Assembly: GCA_009859145.1 (NCBI GenBank)
Contig: VRVR01000036.1
Location: 136,604-200,603 of the forward strand
From: Andalucia godoyi And28
Taxonomy: Eukaryota > Protista > Jakobida
Direction of reading: 5' to 3'
Length of the DNA stretch: 64,000 nt
Every line of letters starts with the position of its first letter. Position 1 is the stretch's first letter. The notes under the pieces are model-generated. The model was given only the letters and a program-made list of their open reading frames with translations. It ran no database searches and was not told where the DNA came from. The position numbers were made by a program, and so were the translations under genes. This document shows, piece by piece, positions 28,453 through 39,168 of the stretch.

Positions 28453-30636
28453 TCAATGCGGCGGTGCTGCTGCGACTGCTTCAAACAGAGCGAGAAAGGG
28501 CTCGAGAACCCTTTCTCTTGATACTAAATCAGTCTCGCAAAGGCCATTTTGGATACTTTCATAGAACACCTTCACTTTGGGATCGGCGCGGATGGCACGA
28601 ACGTCAACGTCATCAAGAAACAAACCTTCTAAAGCACGGACTCGACTCAGAGCAACATATGCCATCCCGACCGCAAAGATGTCTGTGCCGATGGAAACGC
28701 GCAGGCAGTCCAGCGTCATGCCTTGGCCTTTGTGGATCGAAGTAGCCCAGCCAAGGACAAGAGGAACCTGCTTACATTCAAGCTTTGCGTTCGCTCGGAA
28801 GTCCGTGCGGGACCAAGTTCTCGGCACGACTACAATATCTAAAAATTCAGAAACGGGCTTCTGGAGCGACGACTGCAATGCATTCGGAAGAGTGGGGCTG
28901 CAGCTGCAGGCTGGCTGTCTAAATCGAACGACGGGATATCCGTGTAGGTCCGCCCATCGAACGACAGTCCCGACGCTGCCGTTGTACAGTCCGTCATCTC
29001 GATAGTCGTTTGTGGTGAGGATGACAAGAGCTCCAATGCACAACTCAACAGTCATTCCGCAAGACAAGTCGGAAGCAAACTTTTCTAGTGCAACGGCATC
29101 TGCAGTGGCAGAGGAGCTGCTCAGTACTGCAGTGAATTGTTTCGGGATTTGGCTGGTCTCCGTGCACAGCTTCTGCAGCATTTCGTGGTTGACCTTATCT
29201 ACTACTTTGCGATGCGCATACATCCTGGGGACAGCGGTAATAAAATCGGTCCACTCTTGGTCTGTAAATGAACTATGTGGAGCGCGGTCTCGCAACAGAC
29301 TCGTCTTTCTCGAGTACAGAAGATCAAGGGTTTTCGACGATATCTCACCATGGCGAATCTCGCTCAGTGCCGTGACAAAACAGGACTCGGACTGCCGGTG
29401 CACTTGTTCAAGCTGCACACAGTCAAAGTTGCATAGCCCCCAGGACTCTGTTTCGAAGACAAAGGTATGAATTTTGACGTCCGCATCCACCGCAGCGTCC
29501 ACTGGACTTTCCTTGCCGCAGTACAACAGCGAAAGCATCGTTTGCAGAGACTTTTCTGTCCCCTTTGTCGCTATCTGACTTCCGAAAAGCATTTGCTTGA
29601 GGTGGCTTCCGCGGGAGGCCGATGATCCCGTCCCGGTCTCCATGCCTGTTGCGGTCACAGGGGGAAGTTGAAAAAAGTCGCCGCACACGATCAGCTGCAT
29701 TCCTCCGAACGGCCTATGTGGTGAGTTTCGCACAAACCGCAGCAAGAGGTCGCATTTGCACCAGAATACTGGATCTGCAAGGCTGACTTCGTCTAAAACA
29801 AGAATATCCGTCTGTACCATTCGTTTAGCGTTGAATGGAAAACGGGCTTTCGCGAGAAGCGTGCTCAAGGAACCTTCACCGACACCGATTCCCATAAACC
29901 CATGCCACGTCCCCGCCCCGACAGTGAGGTTTCCAGCAGCAATTCCAGTTGTTGCAGCAACAGCAACATTTTTTCTCTTCCTTTTTCTCAGCTCGTCAAT
30001 CATCTTGTGCAGTGTAAAGGATTTTCCGACGCCTCCAGGTCCTGTCAGGAACACGTTTTCACCCGAGCATGCTGCTTGTATAGCTCTTTGCTGTGCGGAT
30101 GTCAGGGTTCGTTCTGCCTTTACGGGACTTTCTTGGTGCTGATGGCGGAAATGGTGCGCTGGCATCGCAGAAACCGTCTGCAGGGCAGCTGAATTCAAGA
30201 ACGAAGCACCCCCAAGCCGTTCATCCGCAAAGATCGATCGCGCCACATGCTTCTCAGGATGACTGGTATTTTCCTTGTTTGCCGTTGCCACAATCGACAA
30301 CGAGCACCTCTTTGAAAATGGCTCCATCACTGGAGACCTGTCCAGTTTCGTTGCCAAAATCATCGACATTGGCGAAGCTGGGGTTCTCCTCCTCTTTTCG
30401 CCAATTCTTTTTTCATAAACAGACTTTGGTTGATCATCTTTCTTCACCGCCAGAGAAGAAGACGCGGAGGAAGAATGCGCTGTGTTAATCGAGGTTGCGC
30501 TCAGTGGCCGCGACGAACTCTGCGCTTGATTTCTGTTTGCCAAAAACAACGCAAAAGCAGGATTCGCAGTGAACGGAGTCTTGATCTCAGCCTGCTTTTT
30601 CGCCTCCACTTCCAGCTTAGGTCGAATTGATTTCAT
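28453..30636 (-). CDS. PIF1: Pif1-family 5'-3' DNA helicase
   Basis: GPGGVGKS, ILVLDEVS, FGGMQLIVCGDFFQLPPV, HRQ, SIHKGQGMTLD and GMAYVALSRV. Confidence 0.94.
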   Translation of the reverse strand: MKSIRPKLEVEAKKQAEIKTPFTANPAFALFLANRNQAQSSSRPLSATSINTAHSSSASSSLAVKKDDQPKSVYEKRIGEKRRRTPASPMSMILATKLDRSPVMEPFSKRCSLSIVATANKENTSHPEKHVARSIFADERLGGASFLNSAALQTVSAMPAHHFRHQHQESPVKAERTLTSAQQRAIQAACSGENVFLTGPGGVGKSFTLHKMIDELRKRKRKNVAVAATTGIAAGNLTVGAGTWHGFMGIGVGEGSLSTLLAKARFPFNAKRMVQTDILVLDEVSLADPVFWCKCDLLLRFVRNSPHRPFGGMQLIVCGDFFQLPPVTATGMETGTGSSASRGSHLKQMLFGSQIATKGTEKSLQTMLSLLYCGKESPVDAAVDADVKIHTFVFETESWGLCNFDCVQLEQVHRQSESCFVTALSEIRHGEISSKTLDLLYSRKTSLLRDRAPHSSFTDQEWTDFITAVPRMYAHRKVVDKVNHEMLQKLCTETSQIPKQFTAVLSSSSATADAVALEKFASDLSCGMTVELCIGALVILTTNDYRDDGLYNGSVGTVVRWADLHGYPVVRFRQPACSCSPTLPNALQSSLQKPVSEFLDIVVVPRTWSRTDFRANAKLECKQVPLVLGWATSIHKGQGMTLDCLRVSIGTDIFAVGMAYVALSRVRALEGLFLDDVDVRAIRADPKVKVFYESIQNGLCETDLVSRERVLEPFLALFEAVAAAPPH

Positions 30637-30768
30637 CTCGTCATGAAGATTGCTTAATAGGAAGCTCTTTTTTCTTCCTCTGTTTCTTATCTGGATCAGA
30701 CTTTTTTTTTTGAATTCCGATTCCCGAGGAGAATTTGAAATGGGCTCCGCACGAACTGGAAATGATTA

Positions 30769-31191
30769 ACGGCTGTCCATTTTATGCATCAACGTTGAAA
30801 CATCAAACAACATCATGCCAGAAAGTTTTTGATTTTTCGAAACTCCTTTGGGGGACGCGATGTGTTCCTACCGTAGTCTAGTCCAGAATTTCTCATTCTT
30901 CACCGTCTTTTATTCCTTCTATTATTTTCGGTTTGTTTCTCATATTTATAATCGAACCCTCAAGCAGCACCATTCATCAAAGACAAAACATCTCATGGCT
31001 CCAGAGAGAGATCTTCTCGACAAACGCAAACCGGCGATGCCCGAAGACACCGAGAACCAAGAAACCCGTTGATCCTTTTGATGCAGAGCAATCTGCATCG
31101 AAGAGCTGGTGCTCGCCCCCAAACTGGACCTGTCTTCGGTAACAGCTTAGCCGGTGATGACCTGTAATGATTCATGTTTTGGCGAGCGGCT
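30769..31191 (+). repeat. Dispersed repeat family B, copy 2
   Basis: Near-identical to the reverse complement of 8102-8516; CGGCT at 30770-30774 and 31187-31191. Confidence 0.95.
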
Positions 31192-31537
31192 TGTATGAAC
31201 TTGAGCTAGCGACTGTGGTCCACAGGCTGTACGACCGCTCTGCGGCGAGCAGCCCAGCTCGTCCGCTTTCAAAGCCGAACCTTGTCAGATTTCTGTCGCT
31301 CCCCCAAGTTCGCAATCCAATGAGCATTTTTTTTTGGTCTTGAGGCGATAGGCGAGTGTGCACAACAATAAAGAAAATTGTCGACTCTTTTCGTCTTTGG
31401 AGCTGCCGGCCGTAGTGCTCCCCTTTCCCAGCGTAGACATCACAAACGGAATCAAAACACGCGAGGTTTGGATTGGAGGACACTGCAGCTTACTTGGTAG
31501 TCCGTACAGTACCTGGGTGCGCGCGCTCAACGCTTCC

Positions 31538-32509
31538 ATGCCGATGCGGCTCTCGTTCTACAAGCTGCATGCTCTTGGAAACTCCTATGTGTATATTCCG
31601 CTGCTGCACGACGAAGACGCCGAGGCTGCGATCGACTATCCGTCGTTTTCGAAGCATGTGTCATTGCCGACTACGGGCGTTGGATCCGATGGGCTGATTT
31701 TGCTGCGCAGACCGAGGCTTTCGTCTGTCAATTCGTGCTGGATGCGCATATTTAACAAGGATGGGTCGGAGGCGTTGAGTTGTGGAAACGGGCTTCGATG
31801 CGTCGCGTTTCTTCTGGATCATCTGCATCTGCATTGTTCTCCAGCCGTCGCCACCACCACCTCTTCTTGTCGCCCCTCTTCTCCTTCGTCTTGCTGTAAT
31901 GTTTTCAGAGTTGAGAACTCAGCAAGCCAAGTAAGCGAGTGCCGAGTGTTTCGGGACTCCGGCATGGTCCAGATCTCGATGAATGTGGTCTCTGTGCAGA
32001 ACCGCACAGGTCCTTTGAATGCATGGGCGGACAACCGAAACGACCGAGACATTCACAGTGGCAGCGAGAGCGAGGATGTGTTGGTAAATGTTGGGAACTT
32101 GCATTTAGTGCGCTTGTTTGCGGATGTGGACATGGAGGTGGATGATGAGTACTTGCGCACGGTAGGGTCGGAAGTGGAAAGAACTACGGATCGCAACTTC
32201 ATCTGTGTCTCGATACTTGGGCAGAAGCGTGTCAGAATGCGAGTTTGGGAACGCGGGTCCGGGATCACCCGAGCGTGTGGCACAGGTGCATGTGCAGGGG
32301 TTGCCGCGCTGTGCCACTCCTTACAGTTGTCGTATTCGATAGTGTCGGAGAATGACCGGAACGAACGGGGAGTCGAGGTCGTCATGGATGGCGGATCCGT
32401 GTGGATTCGGCTGGATCCACGTGGCAATGTGCTCATGACCGGTGAGGCAGTTATGATCTGCGAAGGTACCATCATTGTCCCGGACTCGTGTCTCCTTTCT
32501 CATTCGTAG
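31538..32509 (+). CDS. dapF: Diaminopimelate epimerase
   Basis: FYKLHALGNSY, MRIFNKDGSEALSCGNGLRC, NVGNLHLV and RVWERGSGITRACGTGAC; both catalytic Cys present. First ATG used, though the frame is open 60 codons further upstream. Confidence 0.92.
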   Translation: MPMRLSFYKLHALGNSYVYIPLLHDEDAEAAIDYPSFSKHVSLPTTGVGSDGLILLRRPRLSSVNSCWMRIFNKDGSEALSCGNGLRCVAFLLDHLHLHCSPAVATTTSSCRPSSPSSCCNVFRVENSASQVSECRVFRDSGMVQISMNVVSVQNRTGPLNAWADNRNDRDIHSGSESEDVLVNVGNLHLVRLFADVDMEVDDEYLRTVGSEVERTTDRNFICVSILGQKRVRMRVWERGSGITRACGTGACAGVAALCHSLQLSYSIVSENDRNERGVEVVMDGGSVWIRLDPRGNVLMTGEAVMICEGTIIVPDSCLLSHS

Positions 32510-32826
32510 AACACACCTGCGTCTTGCATCCATCAATTGGCTTCCCAGAGTTTCTCCAGTGACATACCTACTTCTTTCTTATTAGCTGACAAGGACTGAC
32601 ATTGTGACCAACGCGCACTGTTGTACTTTCACCCTTTCGGGGGGTTTCTTTCTGCTCCCGGGCTGTGCTGTGCTGTGTATATGCTGTGTGCACAAACGCA
32701 ATACGCGCTGCAAGGAGGAAACAAAAACAAAAAAAGAAACCAATTTAACAGGAAAGAAAACAAACAAACAAACAAAGACAAAAACACACAAAGCAGCACT
32801 ACGCCTCTTAAGAAGCATTAAGAATC

Positions 32827-33612
32827 ATGGAAGATCTACTGGTATTGTACGCGGACGAGGACACCTTCTTAAAGCAACACCCATTCAAAAATTCATTTTA
32901 TTTCAATAGCATTGTCCCGTTTGTTGAAAAGACACAATCGCTACTGGAGAAGCATATCGACTGGAACGGTACCTCCGCGTCCTCCATTTACTTTGCTGCG
33001 GTCTCAGATACCCATCTCCAGCCTCTGCAAAGCTTTCTTTCTCAAAAAGGGTATCTCGTGACACTGAATCCGTGCGTAAAAGTTGAGCTGTTCCATGACG
33101 AGTCGTCGGCAAATGACGTGCTGACACAAGAACACCGGGATCTGCGACTGGAGGTTTCGGAAATGGACGCTTCTCATGTGGAACGGGCGAATTCAGTATG
33201 GCCTTACAAGCACGAGCGGTCGGCACAGTACATCCAGCACTGCATTTCAAAACGACCAAGTGTAGTGGTCTCTGTTGCCGACACTGGTTCTTCAGAAAGG
33301 AAAAGGCCGTGTGCATGGGTCTGGGTTCACAGCGACGGAAGCATAGGCGGACTGCATGTTGAACCGCAGTTTAGGAACCGTGGACTTGGACGACTTGTTT
33401 TGCGAGTGCTGATTTCGAGGATGAAAACCGAGTTCGGCGCAGATTATCAACCTTTTGCATACGTGACGGTGCACAACGAGCCTTCATTTCGTCTTTTCCA
33501 GGCCATGGGATTCAAGCAAATGGAAAATGCTACCTGGTGCGAGTGCCACGCATCGCCCGAGGAGCTTCGACACTCCAAAATCCAATCGTCGGCGGGACAC
33601 CACTTGTCGTAA
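32827..33612 (+). CDS. GNAT acetyltransferase (FR47 / glycine N-acyltransferase-like)
   Basis: IGGLHVEPQFRNRGLG acetyl-CoA motif A and NEPSFRLFQAMGF motif B. Confidence 0.88.
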   Translation: MEDLLVLYADEDTFLKQHPFKNSFYFNSIVPFVEKTQSLLEKHIDWNGTSASSIYFAAVSDTHLQPLQSFLSQKGYLVTLNPCVKVELFHDESSANDVLTQEHRDLRLEVSEMDASHVERANSVWPYKHERSAQYIQHCISKRPSVVVSVADTGSSERKRPCAWVWVHSDGSIGGLHVEPQFRNRGLGRLVLRVLISRMKTEFGADYQPFAYVTVHNEPSFRLFQAMGFKQMENATWCECHASPEELRHSKIQSSAGHHLS

Positions 33613-33850
33613 AAAAATAATAAATAAAAGTACTGTACGATGAACCAAGCGGTCAGACTGCTATGACAGTTTCCCTCGCTGACATTTTCCTGATGACAAT
33701 TTTCAAGTGTCGCAATTAATGAAACGGAAAATCATAACAAACAAACAGACAAACAAAACTCGTACGCGAAGCGAGGGCAAAGAAACTAGAAAAAGGGCGG
33801 TTGTGATATATATTTTAACAGGGGAGACGAGAGGAAACGAGGAGGAAAGG

Positions 33851-34831
33851 ATGTCACATCATTTTACTCCATCGACGACTTCCCAGCAAATTGCGAGCCT
33901 CGAAGCACAGCTGAAGAAGCACGGTGTTAGTATTAAGAAGCTGCGGGCGTCGATAACCGCCGCCACGGACGATTCCGAGCAGCATGTTACAGCCGTTGCG
34001 ACGGAACAAGACAAGCGGATTGCTGCGCTGGAATCGCAAGTCGAAGTGCTCCGAAGGGCATTCGACAGTGTCTCGGATGCGCTGGCGTCGGAAATCAAGA
34101 CTCTGCGGCTGGAGACGCGTGAATCGATAACGTCTCTTGATTCTAGATTATCTGCGGTTCGGAAATCCGTCGCTGCTGCAGCCGCTGCACAAGCTGCACA
34201 AGCTGCTCTCGGTCCGCAATCGCATCCGCACGTCGCAATCGCATCGGCAGCACCGACAGCACAGGTGGCCGCCGTGAGCACAGTCACTGCTGCCGAGATC
34301 TCCAATCTCCATTCGCTGGTGGATGCAGTTCGACTTGATCAGCGGGTGCTCTCGGATGACATCTCGAAAATCGCCTCGGAGCTCTCCAAGACGCGGCACA
34401 CTGTCGCCTCGGACCTCGATGCACTGCGGTCCCATTTCTCCGAAGTAGGTCGACATGTGTCAGTTGCATCGGAAACGTCCAAGCGAGCATCGACAAAAGT
34501 TGACATGTTTACAGCCCGACTCTCGCATGTCGAGGACGAGCTAGAGTCTGCGCTGGAGACACGGTCCAAGCATGCGCTGGAAGCCGAGACCATGTATCGT
34601 GGATTCCGCGTCGAGATCGACGAAACAATTCGGGAGATGAATGCGTGTTATCGCAAGAATTTTGAACGGATCCGTGAGTGGATTTCCAGACGTGAAAAGA
34701 GAGAAAAGGACGAGGCCGAGCGCGTCAGAATCGAAGATGTCAGGGCGTCATTCAACGCCATTCATGACATTGTTCAACAACAAGAAGAGCAGCAGCCGCA
34801 CAAACAATGGCAGTCACAAGAGGCATTGTGA
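33851..34831 (+). CDS. Coiled-coil protein of unknown function
   Basis: Continuous heptad-rich ORF from MSHHFTP with an Ala-rich linker. Confidence 0.75.
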   Translation: MSHHFTPSTTSQQIASLEAQLKKHGVSIKKLRASITAATDDSEQHVTAVATEQDKRIAALESQVEVLRRAFDSVSDALASEIKTLRLETRESITSLDSRLSAVRKSVAAAAAAQAAQAALGPQSHPHVAIASAAPTAQVAAVSTVTAAEISNLHSLVDAVRLDQRVLSDDISKIASELSKTRHTVASDLDALRSHFSEVGRHVSVASETSKRASTKVDMFTARLSHVEDELESALETRSKHALEAETMYRGFRVEIDETIREMNACYRKNFERIREWISRREKREKDEAERVRIEDVRASFNAIHDIVQQQEEQQPHKQWQSQEAL

Positions 34832-34857
34832 ATACGCATTCTAACGCTTATCCGCGT

Positions 34858-34858
<1 letters not shown>

Positions 34859-34908
<50 letters not shown>
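34859..34908. repeat. (CA)25 microsatellite
   Basis: Direct reading. Confidence 0.97.
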
Positions 34909-34910
<2 letters not shown>

Positions 34911-35075
34911 ATCATTGTACATTTTCCATAACGTTCAACGCTGGCAATAACCATCAACATCGCTGCGTCATCTTCTTTTTAAATTATTAACTATTAATTG
35001 TTTATCATGTATCAGTACGTTGATGGGAGGAAGGGGAAAAAAAACCACAAAAAAACAACAAGAAAGTCGATAGAA

Positions 35076-37652
35076 TTACTTTTCGTCCATGACAATGACT
35101 CCTCGCCAGTCTGGGCCTGGAGGCTGTATTCTAAGGCGATCGCACTGTTTCATGTACATCATACTTAGAAAGTCCTCGTAGCCAGCCTGGATGTACTTTG
35201 CCGAGTCCATGTATCGTGAAAAGAGCTCGCGGGCAGCTGCAAACTCTCTTCTGTAGAAGGCGTTGAGCGCTTCTGTGAAGATTCCAGCAAGCGCAATTGC
35301 AGATTCTTTAGGGAATTCTTCTGGCGAAAGAATCTCGTACAGAAGAACAGGAGCTGTCAGGCCCACGACAATGACTTGCCCAACAGGACGCATCACAATT
35401 CCGTCCTTCTGTAGTCCTTCTAACGACCCCGCTTCACGAACCGTCTGTTCGGCAATAAGCGTGCGAGTGTGGAAGTGTTTGTTGAGCGACTCGAGACGAC
35501 TTGCAAGATTGGCATTCTTGCCAACAAGAGTGTACGCCATACGCTTGTGAGACCCAAAGTTCCCGACGAGACAATCACCGGTATTGAGACCAATGCGGCA
35601 GTCAAGCTGAGGAAGACCTCGCTGGGCCCACCCAACTTGCAGCTCTTTCAAGCGCTTTACACACTCGCCGACAGCATCAAGAGCCTTGCGAGGGTGGTTT
35701 TCGACGGACACAGGGGCGTTCCAAAACGCCATGATGCAATCGCCAATGAACTTGTCAATCGTTCCATCGTGCTTCATCACAATATCACTCATTTCACCCA
35801 GGAACTCTGCCATCACCTCGCAAAGCTCAGAGGGCGAAAGCGTCTCGGAAAGCTGCGTAAAGCCTTTCACATCCATGAACATCACGGTCAGACTCACATC
35901 GTCCATTCCAAGTCCAGTCGCAACGCGCTGCGTCAAGATAAGCTTCACCAAACTTGCGGGAACATAGAAGGAAAAAGCTTCAATTCCGGTTCTCATCACT
36001 TTGTAGGACTCGTTCAACGAGTGAATCTCGTGCAGATACACTCGGTTGCGCTTGCGAGTCGCGTTCGACCGGCCGTCTTCAAAGTTGAGGACGGCAAGCT
36101 GGCGCATGTTGTTCCCAAGCTTGTCGAGAGGCTTGACGATCCAATGGGCAAGCAGAACTCCGAGAAGTGTTGCAGCTACCACGATGCAAATGACGACAAT
36201 CAGCGTATTTCTGTTTGCTTCGTCGATACCCTGCATGATGGAGTCTCTGGATTTCATAACGACGAGCACATAATCTGCTTCAAGATACCGGATCCGGAAC
36301 GTCTCCAAAAAGTATTGGCCACTGCTGCCCGTGGTCAGAGTCACGGAAAGGCTGTCTGGCATACCAAGGAAAGAGCCATACTTAGAGCGCAGATAGTTGG
36401 TTGCATCCACAATTGGTGGCGCAATGTATCCGAGGTCTGTCGGCGACAGACGTGCAGTTCCGGTAGAGATGGTACCATGAGAGGTAGCGATAAGCAGTCC
36501 CGCATCCGTACGTTCAAAGATATACACATACCCCGAGGTAATAACGGACGACAGATAGGTTGACAGGGAATCCATGGAAAGACCCTTTCCAGCGACTCCA
36601 CGCAGTGTTCCGGTGCTGCTAGTATTTCCTGGAATTGCGAACGTCTGAATCTTCCAACCGCATGGCACATACAGCGAAGGCTCCGTAGTACCTCCGCCGT
36701 TTCGGAAGGAAACGGGGGCGATCGAAATCGAGCCATCCTTCTTTCCAAACACCTTTCCGTACAGATACCAATCCTTGGTCTTCACATTCCAGCCAGTGAG
36801 CGTAAGCATCGGAGGCAGCTCGCGCCCCTTCTTGGGTAGACTGTTGTCAAATGGCTGGAACGTAAGATTCGTCGTAGCGGACTTGATATTCCAGATCCAA
36901 GATGTGGAGTTCTCCTTGATCAACGAAACGACTTCGTTGTTTTCGTTTCCGAGAACATTCACAGTCGGCGCATCATCGCCGAAGGTGCTCATCTGGTTCA
37001 CCCACAGATTATCTGCAAGATCCAACATGTCATTGTACGACAAGACACTCATATTTCTGTTCTCAAAGTACGACTTGTCCTGCTTTGCTAGTTGTTCAAG
37101 CACCTCAAGCTTTCTTTGCACACGCTCACGAACTCGCATTGCAATCGTGGACCGCAGATCGGATGCCAGCGTTGTTACGGAGTCGGAGGCAGTGGAAAAA
37201 GACAACCACCAGCAAACGACTCCCGTGGTGACAATCGATGCCACCAGAACAAAAACGAAGAGAACGCGAATCGAAAACAGCTTTCTCATAAACGACTTGC
37301 ATCGCGACTCTTTCTTCCTAGTCCCTTGGGTCGGATCCTGTGCGCCTACTTGGTGCGGACCATCGGGGCGAGGGGACTTGGTTTCGTCTCCGGCAGATTG
37401 ATTCGCATTCACCGAATATCTGCGCTTCTTCATAGGGGTTCCGTAGAACGACGAGTTTGCCGATCGTGGGGACGAGAGCCCGTCGGACCGGAACGAAGAA
37501 GTCTCTTTCAAGTTGCCCTGGTTCTCCAAGTCATCAAACTGACCAATCACGGGAGTGTTGGGGGTTTGGATGCGGTTCGGATCAGAAACGCTACCCACGC
37601 TGTCCTTTCGTCCTTTTGAACCGCTGACGTCGACAGGAGTAACTTTCGTCAT
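35076..37652 (-). CDS. Receptor-type class III adenylate cyclase (TM-Cache-TM-HAMP-cyclase plus helical tail)
   Basis: Two TMs flanking a ~330-aa ectodomain; HAMP (IVKPLDKL...EIHSL); MFMDVKGFT, DKFIGDCIMAFW and AYTLVGKNANLASRLE. Confidence 0.92.
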   Translation of the reverse strand: MTKVTPVDVSGSKGRKDSVGSVSDPNRIQTPNTPVIGQFDDLENQGNLKETSSFRSDGLSSPRSANSSFYGTPMKKRRYSVNANQSAGDETKSPRPDGPHQVGAQDPTQGTRKKESRCKSFMRKLFSIRVLFVFVLVASIVTTGVVCWWLSFSTASDSVTTLASDLRSTIAMRVRERVQRKLEVLEQLAKQDKSYFENRNMSVLSYNDMLDLADNLWVNQMSTFGDDAPTVNVLGNENNEVVSLIKENSTSWIWNIKSATTNLTFQPFDNSLPKKGRELPPMLTLTGWNVKTKDWYLYGKVFGKKDGSISIAPVSFRNGGGTTEPSLYVPCGWKIQTFAIPGNTSSTGTLRGVAGKGLSMDSLSTYLSSVITSGYVYIFERTDAGLLIATSHGTISTGTARLSPTDLGYIAPPIVDATNYLRSKYGSFLGMPDSLSVTLTTGSSGQYFLETFRIRYLEADYVLVVMKSRDSIMQGIDEANRNTLIVVICIVVAATLLGVLLAHWIVKPLDKLGNNMRQLAVLNFEDGRSNATRKRNRVYLHEIHSLNESYKVMRTGIEAFSFYVPASLVKLILTQRVATGLGMDDVSLTVMFMDVKGFTQLSETLSPSELCEVMAEFLGEMSDIVMKHDGTIDKFIGDCIMAFWNAPVSVENHPRKALDAVGECVKRLKELQVGWAQRGLPQLDCRIGLNTGDCLVGNFGSHKRMAYTLVGKNANLASRLESLNKHFHTRTLIAEQTVREAGSLEGLQKDGIVMRPVGQVIVVGLTAPVLLYEILSPEEFPKESAIALAGIFTEALNAFYRREFAAARELFSRYMDSAKYIQAGYEDFLSMMYMKQCDRLRIQPPGPDWRGVIVMDEK

Positions 37653-37789
37653 CTTCCGTCACCCTGGAAAGCAGCACAGTGAAAAACTACTAATATTTAG
37701 GGAGAATGAATATTCCAAAACACTCGAATGTTTTCCCTCACAAGCTCGGCAATGCCCTTGAGTACAAAGAATGGATTGGGGGCAATTTA

Positions 37790-37873
37790 GGAAGAGGAAG
37801 AAGAGGAAGAAGAAGAGGAAGAAGAAGAGGAAGAAGAGGAAGAAGAAGAGGAAGAAGAGGAAGAAGAAGAGGA
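37790..37873. repeat. Purine-rich (GAAGAG/GAA) simple repeat upstream of the cyclase
   Basis: Direct reading. Confidence 0.95.
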
Positions 37874-38406
37874 ACAGGACGAAAGAAAACTTCGTTGTTG
37901 TTGTCCTCGGAGGTTGTGGAACAGCAAAAAAATGCATGTTTTTTAACCGGCATGTTTTGTGCCGAATGGTTTTTCTTCTTTCGTTCGGTGCACATGTGTC
38001 CAAGCAAAGTATCCTCGGATCGGTTTTTCATTGTACGCGGCGAGGGCTCGTCGCAGCTAGGTGCTAGATCCTCGGATGAATTCTTTGACAGTCTTACAAA
38101 AGCTGCCCGGTAGAAATGTCAAAAACGTCAGCAGGGTGCCGTTCGTGCTTCGACACAACGGCAAAACAACTTGAACCGAGTCCCTCAAGCTGGTTTGCAG
38201 TACAACGAGGCAAAACGTCCATGAATGGAACCCCGCCGGAGCAGATGGGCTCTCTGTGCTGCTCCTCCAAGATGAGCAGTTTCGGAATTCGCAGACTGCT
38301 CTGGTGCACCCGTCCACGATGCAGCCAAAGTGTTTGTAGGGATTCGGAAAATGAGACGAAATTCCAGTCCTCCGACGATCCGTCGCCTTATGCGGAAAAG
38401 AACACA

Positions 38407-38917
38407 ATACGCCTATATTATACACTGAGCATGCATATCTACGAGTAGACATGCATCTTCAATCTTGCATCCCGTTGCCGCGAAGGGGATAGGCCCCAAC
38501 ACACCTCACGGCGCTCTTCAGATAGATGTTCCGCGCTCCGTTCCCAATCTCGATCAATCTGTGAGCCACTTTCTCAGCGTGACACGTTGTTCCTGAAAAG
38601 GGTGCATTTTGATTCTGACGGCCCTGGCAGCAGGCGTAGTGACACGTGGTCTCTTAGGAGGTCTGCGGGACCTAGGAGGCCCTGGCATCGGGCGGCGTAG
38701 GCGTAGGCGTAGGCGAATGCGTCATCCCAGCGCACCCACGCCCATATTTGAATTAAAAAAGTGAAACCAAAAAGCCAAAGCAACGAATGATAGATGGCTA
38801 CGCGTAAGCACGAATTCCCCTGTGAAACAAACGTGCTAGTGTCAGCCAGTATTGACCGTGTCTGTTTATGTATACTTCCTTCCGTATGCATGACAATGGC
38901 GTGTTATTATTCAACGG
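38407..38917. repeat. Dispersed repeat family A, copy 2
   Basis: Alignable with 1862-2403 and 61521-62096. Confidence 0.95.
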
Positions 38918-38920
38918 TCG

Positions 38921-39168
38921 ACGGCTTTGTGCATCAACGTTGCACATTAAACAATATCATTATAGTCAAGCCCAGAATTTCTTTCATTCTTCACTTTTTT
39001 ATTCCTTCTATTATTCTTTCTGTTTGTGTTTTTTTAATAGTCGAACCCTCAAGCAGCACCTTTCATTAGAGACAAAACACATCTCATGACTCCCAAAGAG
39101 GGATCTTCCCAACAAACTCAAACCGGCCATGCCCAAAGATACCCAGGACCAAGAAACCCGTTGATCCT
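38921..39168 (+). repeat. Dispersed repeat family B, copy 3 (diverged, internally deleted, 3' truncated), abutting repeat A copy 2
   Basis: acggct..catcaacgttg, cagaatttct..ttcttca, tcgaaccctcaagcagcacc, agacaaaac..atctcatg and ccaagaaacccgttgatcct all match B in order. Confidence 0.88.

Noticed and set aside
28453-30636. Pif1 beside repeat B as a possible Helitron helicase
   Set aside because: No HUH Rep domain; the N-terminus is a disordered S/R-rich region like cellular Pif1.
30848-31175. Short ORFs in repeat B (MAPERDLLDK..., ..SWCSPPNW..) hinting at a methyltransferase NPPY-like motif
   Set aside because: Too short, in different frames, with no SAM-binding motif on the same strand; identity between copies reflects the DNA repeat.
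35469-36563. 364-aa plus-strand ORF
   Set aside because: Antisense shadow of the adenylate cyclase.
38057-38400. ORFs continuing leftward from repeat A copy 2
   Set aside because: No recognisable protein and only marginal similarity to the flank of copy 3; cannot be shown to belong to the element.
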